The notes under the pieces were generated by a model. That model saw only the letters and a program-made list of their open reading frames with translations, ran no database searches and was not told where the DNA came from. This document shows, one piece after another, positions 57,789 through 64,000 of a stretch of DNA of 64,000 bases (position 1 is the stretch's first letter; each line of letters opens with the position of its first letter). The DNA is from Patescibacteria group bacterium (lineage in GTDB: Bacteria; Patescibacteriota; Microgenomatia; UBA10105; UBA927). Position numbers and translations under genes: made by a program. Location of the stretch: NCBI GenBank assembly GCA_023379025.1, contig JAMCTH010000009.1, positions 133,092 to 197,091 of the forward strand, in the 5' to 3' direction.

Positions 57789-59498
57789 ATGCGGATTCTC
57801 GGCATTTCCTGCTATTACCACGATGCGACTGCAGCGCTTATTGAAGATGGCCGTATTGTTGCCGCGGCAGCAGAGGAGCGGTTTACCCGTATAAAACACG
57901 ATAATGATTTTCCCAGGAACGCGATCCGATTTTGTCTCGACTGGACAACTCTCTCTACGTCATCTATTGATGCCGTTGTCTTTTATGAAAAACCAGTCCT
58001 GAAATTTGAGCGCATCCTCCATCAGCACCTCGCGCATTTTCCTAAAAGCCGGAAAATATTCGTCGATACAATCGGATCATGGTTTGATCTGAAGCTCCAG
58101 ATCGCAAAGAGCTTACAGAAGGAATTCGGGTATGCCGGGCGTATTGTCTATGTGGAACAACATATATCCCATGCGGCCAGTTCCTACTACCTATCTTCAT
58201 TCCGTGATGCTGTGATCGTCACGTTTGATGGGGTTGGTGAATGGGCGACCACGACGGTTGGTGTAGGACACGAGGCAACGGTACGGGTAGATAAAGAAAT
58301 TCGATTCCCCCACTCGCTTGGACTTTTGTATAGCGCGCTCACCGCGTATCTCGGGTTTTCCGTGAACGATGCGGAGTATAAGGTGATGGGACTTGCGGCA
58401 TATGGAGACCCAAAACCGTTTAGACAGCAATTTAACGAACTTGTCCGGAGCTTTCCTGATGGCAGTTTTGCATTAAATATGGACCATTTTGATTTTAGTT
58501 GGGCCGACCATATGTTCAATAGTCGTCTTTCAAAACTTTTTGGCTTCCCACCAAGACAGCCCGAAGCGCCGATGGAGCGTCACTTTGAGAATATCGCGGC
58601 TTCCCTTCAGGAGAAGCTGGAAGAAGTAGTATTTGCCATATTAACAAACGCTCATGAACGCTACCGTATTGATAATTTATGTCTTGCAGGTGGGGTCGCG
58701 CTTAATTCCGTCATGAACGGAAAAATACTCAAACGGACGCCCTTCCGGCATGTCTACATAACGCCTGATCCGGGTGACGGGGGCGGTGCGATCGGAGGAG
58801 CGCTCTATGTCTGGAATCTTCACAAAAGAAAGAAGCAGAGCGTGCCGTTTTTTCCATTGCTGGGACCGAGTTTCCCCAAAGAACAGATAGAAGATGTTCT
58901 TCGGGGTACGGGGCTCCCGTATACCAGAATCGAGGATCGGTCGGTGTTCCTGGGGACTGTCGCCGATCATCTTATGCACCAAAAAATTATCGGTTGGTTC
59001 CAGGGGAGGATGGAATGGGGGCCGCGAGCATTGGGAAGCCGCAGCATCCTTGCTTCTGCCGCCAAACCGGAAATGAAAGATATTATCAATGCAAAAGTCA
59101 AACATCGGGAATTATTCCGGCCGTTTGCCCCTGTTGTTTTAGACAGAAATGTTAAGGAGTATTTTCATGCGGATAAACCATTATCTCCGTCAGCAAAATA
59201 CATGCTGATGGTGTATCCGTTTACCGAGAAGGGGAAAAAAGAAGCACCTGCCACAGTCCATGTAGATGGAAGCGGTAGGCTCCAGGTAATTGAACGGGAA
59301 GATAACCCGCTTTATTACGATCTTATTGAGCTCTACGGCAAAAAAACCGGAACGCCGATTATTATCAATACATCATTTAATGTCCGCGGTGAGCCTATTG
59401 TATGTTCTCCGCGTGATGCAGTACACTGTTTTTTGCATACGGATATCGACTATCTGGTTATAGACCGCTATATCGTGAGCAAAACGCCGTTTCGATGA
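57789..59498 (+). CDS. carbamoyltransferase (NodU/CmcH family)
   Basis: MRILGISCYYHDATAALIEDGRIVAAAAEERFTRIKHDNDFP N-terminal signature; 569 aa. Confidence 0.85.
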   Translation: MRILGISCYYHDATAALIEDGRIVAAAAEERFTRIKHDNDFPRNAIRFCLDWTTLSTSSIDAVVFYEKPVLKFERILHQHLAHFPKSRKIFVDTIGSWFDLKLQIAKSLQKEFGYAGRIVYVEQHISHAASSYYLSSFRDAVIVTFDGVGEWATTTVGVGHEATVRVDKEIRFPHSLGLLYSALTAYLGFSVNDAEYKVMGLAAYGDPKPFRQQFNELVRSFPDGSFALNMDHFDFSWADHMFNSRLSKLFGFPPRQPEAPMERHFENIAASLQEKLEEVVFAILTNAHERYRIDNLCLAGGVALNSVMNGKILKRTPFRHVYITPDPGDGGGAIGGALYVWNLHKRKKQSVPFFPLLGPSFPKEQIEDVLRGTGLPYTRIEDRSVFLGTVADHLMHQKIIGWFQGRMEWGPRALGSRSILASAAKPEMKDIINAKVKHRELFRPFAPVVLDRNVKEYFHADKPLSPSAKYMLMVYPFTEKGKKEAPATVHVDGSGRLQVIEREDNPLYYDLIELYGKKTGTPIIINTSFNVRGEPIVCSPRDAVHCFLHTDIDYLVIDRYIVSKTPFR

Positions 59499-59635
59499 AA
59501 GACCTGCTTGCCTTCCTTTGGAAAGAAAAAAAATGGTGGCTTGTTCCGCCGCTGGTTGTGTTTGTCATTTTTGGGGTTCTTCTTGTGCTTTCAACCGCAT
59601 CTCCCGTCAGCCCGTTCATCTATATGTTGTTTTGA
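59495..59635 (+). CDS. small (46 aa) single-TM protein; start overlaps carbamoyltransferase stop (ATGA)
   Basis: MKDLLAFLWKEKKWWLVPPLVVFVIFGVLLVLSTASPVSPFIYMLF; to my recollection similar small proteins are commonly found right after NodU-type carbamoyltransferase genes; not in supplied ORF track (<60 aa). Confidence 0.4.
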   Translation: MKDLLAFLWKEKKWWLVPPLVVFVIFGVLLVLSTASPVSPFIYMLF

Positions 59636-59666
59636 TCGGCCCGTGGTACAATCAGCTTCGTCGCCG

Positions 59667-60275
59667 ATGGAACTCATTCGACTGCTTATCTATTACCTCT
59701 TCCTCTTTTTTCTTACGGCAGGCTGCGTGCCGCTCGGTATTATTGTCTGGGCGATGATACGCTTCACGGACCGGATGCCGGTACTGTTTTGTCAGAAGCG
59801 CACCGGAAAAAACGGCTCGCCGTTTGTCATGTATAAATTCCGCACGATGAGGGTTGGGGCCGTAAAGGAGCAAAATCGGTTGCAGTCGAGAAATGAAGCG
59901 GATGGGCCGGTATTCAAAATCAGAAATGACCCACGATTCACTCAGATCGGCAGGTTTTTAAGTCACACCGGCCTGGACGAGCTGCCGCAGCTTTATAACG
60001 TCCTGCGCGGTGAGATGGCGCTCATCGGCCCCCGACCGCTCCCGGTTGCTGAGGCGAAAAAACTCAAGCCCTGGATGCGGGAGCGTGAGCGCATCAAACC
60101 CGGTATCATCTCTCCGTGGATCCTCGAAGGGTATCACCGTGAATCCTTTGAGGCATGGATGAAAAGTGATGTCCGCTATGTGAAGCAAAAAGCGTTCCGG
60201 TATGACGCCGCCTTAACTATTCAGGCTCTATTCTTTCTGCTCAGGTTATTTGTTCAGGAACTTGTTGCCAGATAG
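59667..60275 (+). CDS. undecaprenyl-phosphate sugar phosphotransferase (small PglC/WbaP-C-terminal type); start set at MELIRLL
   Basis: N-terminal TM then LFCQKRTGKNGSPFVMYKFRTM...DELPQLYNVLRGEMALIGPRP signature of bacterial sugar transferases. Confidence 0.75.
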   Translation: MELIRLLIYYLFLFFLTAGCVPLGIIVWAMIRFTDRMPVLFCQKRTGKNGSPFVMYKFRTMRVGAVKEQNRLQSRNEADGPVFKIRNDPRFTQIGRFLSHTGLDELPQLYNVLRGEMALIGPRPLPVAEAKKLKPWMRERERIKPGIISPWILEGYHRESFEAWMKSDVRYVKQKAFRYDAALTIQALFFLLRLFVQELVAR

Positions 60276-60307
60276 GTTTCTTATTTTGCAGATCGCCGGA
60301 ATGTGCA

Positions 60308-60559
60308 GTGTATAGATATTTGCCCTATACTATACGTATGACTGGGGTGTGGGACTACCGGGAAAAAGATCTAAGGAAATCGAAAAAAGGGAGAATACTG
60401 CTTCTCGAGCGGCTTATTAACTATGGCCCGGGGAAAAAGAAGCTGAACCGCCGTGAGATTAAGTCACACTGGCGTGCGCTGCGCCTATTTCCGAAGAAAA
60501 AGCGGCTCTTGGAACTTCTCTTATGGCCAGATCGATACTCACCACAAATCAAGCACTAA
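60308..60559 (+). CDS. small basic protein upstream of AbiEii gene; possible cognate antitoxin/regulator (weak)
   Basis: 83 aa, K/R-rich, 3' end overlaps AbiEii start by 37 nt. Confidence 0.3.
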   Translation: MYRYLPYTIRMTGVWDYREKDLRKSKKGRILLLERLINYGPGKKKLNRREIKSHWRALRLFPKKKRLLELLLWPDRYSPQIKH

Positions 60560-61179
60560 TCCTTGAACAATTCAAAAAGGATGACGCGCTTTTTCCCTTA
60601 TTTTATTTCTCGGGCGGTACGGCGCTCTCAGAAATGTATTTTCACCATCGTGAAAGTCAGGATCTCGATTTTTTCAGCGACAAACCGTTTAACCCCCAAA
60701 CGCTGATAGCAAGCCTTACTGCGTGGTCAAAACGCCTCAATTTCACGATCACGCCGCAGTTTGTGGACCCCACCTCTATCTATCTCCTGCGTTTTGCTGA
60801 CGGAAACGAAGTAAAAGTAGATTTTGCCCCGTATCCATACCCCTCCTTAGGTGAACGGCAACGATACAAGGAAATGATCGAAGTCGACAGTCTTCTGGAT
60901 ATCGGCGCCAATAAACTCCTGACGCTTACCCAGCGATCTGAGGTAAAGGATTTTGTTGACCTCTATTTCCTCTTTAAGAAGTTTTCGTTGTGGGATCTTA
61001 AGGATGCGGTGAAAGCGAAGTTTCGCGTAGAGCTTGACCCCTTTACCCTTGCTGCCGACTTTACCGGTGTTGAGGTGTTTGCGTTCCTCCCCACTATGCT
61101 TGTCCCTCTGGCTTTGGATGAACTGAAACAGTTTTTTCTGGGTGAGGCAAAGAAATTAGGACAAAAAACGCTTACCTGA
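60523..61179 (+). CDS. nucleotidyltransferase AbiEii/DUF1814-family toxin (type IV TA / abortive infection)
   Basis: FYFSGGTALSEMYFHHRESQDLDFFSD matches AbiEii GGTAL...HR.S.D.DF motif block. Confidence 0.7.
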   Translation: MARSILTTNQALILEQFKKDDALFPLFYFSGGTALSEMYFHHRESQDLDFFSDKPFNPQTLIASLTAWSKRLNFTITPQFVDPTSIYLLRFADGNEVKVDFAPYPYPSLGERQRYKEMIEVDSLLDIGANKLLTLTQRSEVKDFVDLYFLFKKFSLWDLKDAVKAKFRVELDPFTLAADFTGVEVFAFLPTMLVPLALDELKQFFLGEAKKLGQKTLT

Positions 61180-61342
61180 GGAATACTCGTGGTGAGAAGT
61201 CTTTACGGTTGATTGTCCGCCATTTGGGTACCGGGGGTGGTTGCATTCTCCGGAGAACATGTGTACGATATCCTAGAGATACTGCTATGTGCCGAATACG
61301 GAATACATACGGTGTTATTGACGTCTAAACAGGATCACCAAA

Positions 61343-61367
61343 GACCCCGCGGAGGGGTCTTTTTTTT
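61343..61367 (+). terminator. rho-independent terminator (GACCCC-gcgga-GGGGTC + T8)
   Basis: Perfect 6-bp GC stem, 5-nt loop, followed by tttttttt. Confidence 0.6.
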
Positions 61368-61392
61368 GGCAATACACAAAACTATCTTATAG

Positions 61393-61421
61393 TTGACAAC
61401 TATATTTTTTGATGATACTAT
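61393..61421 (+). promoter_or_regulatory. sigma70-type promoter TTGACA-17-TACTAT with extended -10 TG; drives 61431..63575 with a very short leader
   Basis: agTTGACAactatattttttgaTGaTACTATaggttatatATG. Confidence 0.5.
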
Positions 61422-61430
61422 AGGTTATAT

Positions 61431-63575
61431 ATGTTCTTAGAAAGTACTGAACCTGCACCCCAACCGGGCGTAACGCATGTCGATGAGAATGCTTTTTTTC
61501 TCCGGACCGGACCGTTATCCCTCTCCAAAGCGGATCAGCTTGTACAAGCCGCAGATGACGAATTATCTCCCCAGAACCTAACCGCAATATCCGATGATGA
61601 GCGTATGGCGGCGCAGCTTGCCGGCGCGTTCATGGGGATTGCGGAAGATGTATTACCCGATGCCAAGACGATCAAACTCATTGCGGTAGATGATGCGGGA
61701 GCGATGCCAAAAGGGCATTTTATGGTTGGCGCCCGGGAGCGGCAGGCACGGCAGCAGGCTCTGGATTCCGTCGGACTCCATGAAGTGGGGGCTATACGGT
61801 TTACCCCGGATGGTCCTGTACGCACCGTTTTTGCCCAGGTGGTTGAGCAGAAAGCCCAGCGCAGACGGGCGAGGCAAAGAGCGGTTAATCTGGCGATGGA
61901 AGATGCGGTTGCTGATTTTGTGGAAACGGATGATGCAGCTCCCAATGTAGCGTTTATATTTGTTGGGAAAATCAGTTCGCTTCCCGTCCGTTTTAACCGA
62001 TGGTTTGACGCCGCGCTCCTTGCCAAAATCCCGGATCATTGGGTGCATGTCGGCAGGTTGAGGAGAAACGTGGGGAAGGATGCGCGGACGGCAATATCCG
62101 CAGGGCGGTATCTGGTGGAGGTGGCTCCGCTCGTCGGAGTGGCTGCGGCCTGTGCGGCATTCGGCGCACATCCGGATTCCGGCCACCCGGGCATTGTCAC
62201 CATTGGTCCCGATCATCCTACGCCGGTCCTGACGCCCGGCCCCGTCTTGACGCCGGATACGCCGACAGCTGTCGTCCGGACGCCTACCGCGACCCCAACG
62301 GAGGTGGTTACTTTCCTCCCCATTCCGACCTCGGAGCCGAAAGGAGGGGATGTGGCGGTTCCGACCGTGGATGCTGCGTCGCAGCAGGCCCAATACAGGG
62401 AAGCGCGATTGGAACTATCCGGCGCGTTCGGGTTCAAGGATGCCAACGTCACGAGCCAGGCCATAGACGGATCGGGCCGCGCAATCGGCCTGGCCACATT
62501 TACTCCTGAGAGTAAGGTTCCGAACAGATATTTCGTGATGGATAAAACAGGACGTATTCAGTGGCTCGGCGATGCTTATAACGCGTTGGTGTGGAAATTC
62601 ACCCCCGACGGGATTGTGCTCCTCGATCCGAACGGAACCCAGTTCGGAAAGGTAAAGGCGGACGGGACGCCCTCTGTAGATGATTTTGCCATGACGGCGG
62701 GCGGAGGTATACGGTTTATCGATACAAGCCTGCCGGTTGGGCAACAGCAGCAAAGTATTGCAGGAGAATTACCGGTCAAAGTGAGTAACGTGCAGGTAGA
62801 TGAGAAGGGAAACATTCTTGCGGCTCAGATAGCAAATGGATTTAACAAAGATGGAACAATCCATTGGGTTACACTCGATAAAACGAGTCTTGCACAATTG
62901 ACACTCTCCGCCCAGGCACGTCTGGATGCCAAAGTCGTGATTGCGACGGCGACTCCTCCTCCGCCCGAAGTGCCCAAGCCGGTCATCCTCCACACCTACG
63001 GCGGAGACTTCGACTTTTCCAAAATCCCGCCGACATATCCAAATGCATTAGCGATAGAACCGGAATTAGTAAACCTGAAAGAGGGTTCAGGTGTGCTTAA
63101 TTATTATGAAATTGTGTTGCATAGCGGCAAGACAAGCTATGACATTTTTACTACGCCGAATTTTACTCAAATACCAAATGCAGAATTGTTTAAACACACA
63201 GCATTTTTTATTAAAGTCAAAAGTGTTGAACCCAACGTACAAATGAATGGGCAGTATTCAGTGTTCCGCGTCAGATTTGACTGGGTGAAACCTTCAGGGG
63301 AAATGGTTGATGCCAGTGTTTTGCTTCAGACGAGTCAATCGGTAATGAGTAACTTCCCACATTTACGAAAATGGTGCTATTTTGCAGTACCCGATGAAAC
63401 AATTAGTCCAGCCATGATCCGGCCGGGAGACGAGATTGCATACAGTGCTCCGGGATATGATGGCTTTCCGCAGGAGATTGCCGATTCGTTCAATAAAGCA
63501 CAACCAGGAAAACCTGCCGAACAGGGTCTTTTTGGGCTTCCAAATGCCCAGATCCTCCTTAATCCCCAGCCATAA
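61431..63575 (+). CDS. large (714 aa) hypothetical protein, no TM helices or known motifs recognised; central Pro/Thr-rich linker
   Basis: Uninterrupted ORF bracketed by strong promoter and terminator; PTPVLTPGPVLTPDTPTAVVRTPTATPTEVVT linker; many antisense ORFs consistent with elevated GC. Confidence 0.55.
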   Translation: MFLESTEPAPQPGVTHVDENAFFLRTGPLSLSKADQLVQAADDELSPQNLTAISDDERMAAQLAGAFMGIAEDVLPDAKTIKLIAVDDAGAMPKGHFMVGARERQARQQALDSVGLHEVGAIRFTPDGPVRTVFAQVVEQKAQRRRARQRAVNLAMEDAVADFVETDDAAPNVAFIFVGKISSLPVRFNRWFDAALLAKIPDHWVHVGRLRRNVGKDARTAISAGRYLVEVAPLVGVAAACAAFGAHPDSGHPGIVTIGPDHPTPVLTPGPVLTPDTPTAVVRTPTATPTEVVTFLPIPTSEPKGGDVAVPTVDAASQQAQYREARLELSGAFGFKDANVTSQAIDGSGRAIGLATFTPESKVPNRYFVMDKTGRIQWLGDAYNALVWKFTPDGIVLLDPNGTQFGKVKADGTPSVDDFAMTAGGGIRFIDTSLPVGQQQQSIAGELPVKVSNVQVDEKGNILAAQIANGFNKDGTIHWVTLDKTSLAQLTLSAQARLDAKVVIATATPPPPEVPKPVILHTYGGDFDFSKIPPTYPNALAIEPELVNLKEGSGVLNYYEIVLHSGKTSYDIFTTPNFTQIPNAELFKHTAFFIKVKSVEPNVQMNGQYSVFRVRFDWVKPSGEMVDASVLLQTSQSVMSNFPHLRKWCYFAVPDETISPAMIRPGDEIAYSAPGYDGFPQEIADSFNKAQPGKPAEQGLFGLPNAQILLNPQP

Positions 63576-63633
63576 TGAGAGAGATGTATGAAAGCTTACG
63601 CTGGATTTATTGATACGGACATACCGGCGTTTT

Positions 63634-63659
63634 GACCCCCGACGAGGGGGTCTTTTTTT
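63634..63659 (+). terminator. rho-independent terminator (GACCCCC-gacga-GGGGGTC + T7)
   Basis: Perfect 7-bp stem, 5-nt loop, T-run; near-duplicate design of terminator at 61343. Confidence 0.6.
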
Positions 63660-63850
63660 GACCTTTTGCACGTTTCAAGTAGCCCTATCTAGAAAGAGAG
63701 GTGCCGGGGCAACCAAGCCACCCCCACAGGCCAGGTACGGTTAGCCCGTACACCGGAAGCGTTTCGCTGTTGCCATAAGCGGTAACCCGCGGGATGAATT
63801 ACGGTTGAAATTGGGGGTAAAACCCACTAAGAAACACTAGAGGTTTTCCG

Positions 63851-64000
63851 ATGTTTGATCCAGGACCGGCAGATGCCGATTTCGGCTTTGGCGTTGAGGA
63901 TGGCGATAACCGAATCGACATCTACTACGGGTATCACGGTTATCCGGGACATGGGCATATGGTCCTTGGCGACTGCGATGATGATGGCGAACTGGAAACG
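63851..64000 (+). CDS. 5' part of an unidentified gene running off the window end
   Basis: ATG at 63851, open through nt 64000 (MFDPGPADADFGFGVEDGDNRIDIYYGYHGYPGHGHMVLG...). Confidence 0.3.
   Translation, partial: MFDPGPADADFGFGVEDGDNRIDIYYGYHGYPGHGHMVLGDCDDDGELET

Noticed and set aside
61535-62393. 163-aa and 246-aa minus-strand ORFs, plus several 80-160-aa ORFs in 61690-62815
   Set aside because: Antisense or alternative-frame to the 714-aa gene; Arg/Ala/Ser-rich products characteristic of high-GC shadow frames.
63720-63810. Possible SRP (4.5S) RNA - AGGCCAGGUACGG resembles the AGGUCAGGUCCGG of SRP domain IV
   Set aside because: The defining GGAA tetraloop / GGAAGCAGC segment is absent; similarity limited to ~13 nt.
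1-64000. Searched for CRISPR arrays, tRNA/rRNA genes, transposase/integrase/relaxase genes and terminal inverted repeats
   Set aside because: No regularly spaced direct repeats, no GGTTCGAATCC-type T-arms, no DDE/tyrosine-recombinase or relaxase (HxH) motifs found; the only notable repeat is the 73-bp pilin duplication.

Overview
The window reads as a dense, small-genome bacterial chromosome segment, plausibly from a Patescibacteria/CPR-like organism. It includes the replication origin (dnaA-dnaN with DnaA-box clusters). Confidently recognisable housekeeping genes are smpB, comF, thiamine pyrophosphokinase, nadD, uppS, a polyprenyl synthase, an ECF sigma factor and an isopentenyl-phosphate kinase, the last pointing to an alternative mevalonate route. 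From about 36.9 to 60.3 kb there is a large cell-envelope glycan island: glycosyltransferases, two Wzy/O-antigen-ligase-like proteins, a Wzm/Wzt-type ABC exporter, a carbamoyltransferase, a PglC-like priming transferase and three alkaline-phosphatase-superfamily enzymes. The standout feature is an unusual Gram-positive-type type IV secretion / conjugation-like locus spanning about 8.9-9.6 kb and 15.7-34.1 kb. It carries eight paralogous two-helix pilin-like (VirB2/TrbC-like) genes, a VirB6-like polytopic protein, a PrgI/VirB3-like protein, a VirB4 ATPase split into two translationally coupled ORFs, an M23 cell-wall hydrolase, a soluble VirD4/TraG-like ATPase and a 1230-aa protein without recognisable domains, next to a truncated nadE remnant. 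No relaxase, integrase, rRNA, tRNA or CRISPR was recognised. Other points are a candidate tmRNA downstream of smpB, an AbiEii toxin module and a large unknown gene (61431-63575) bracketed by a textbook promoter and terminator. All functional calls are motif-based from the translations; no database search was possible.
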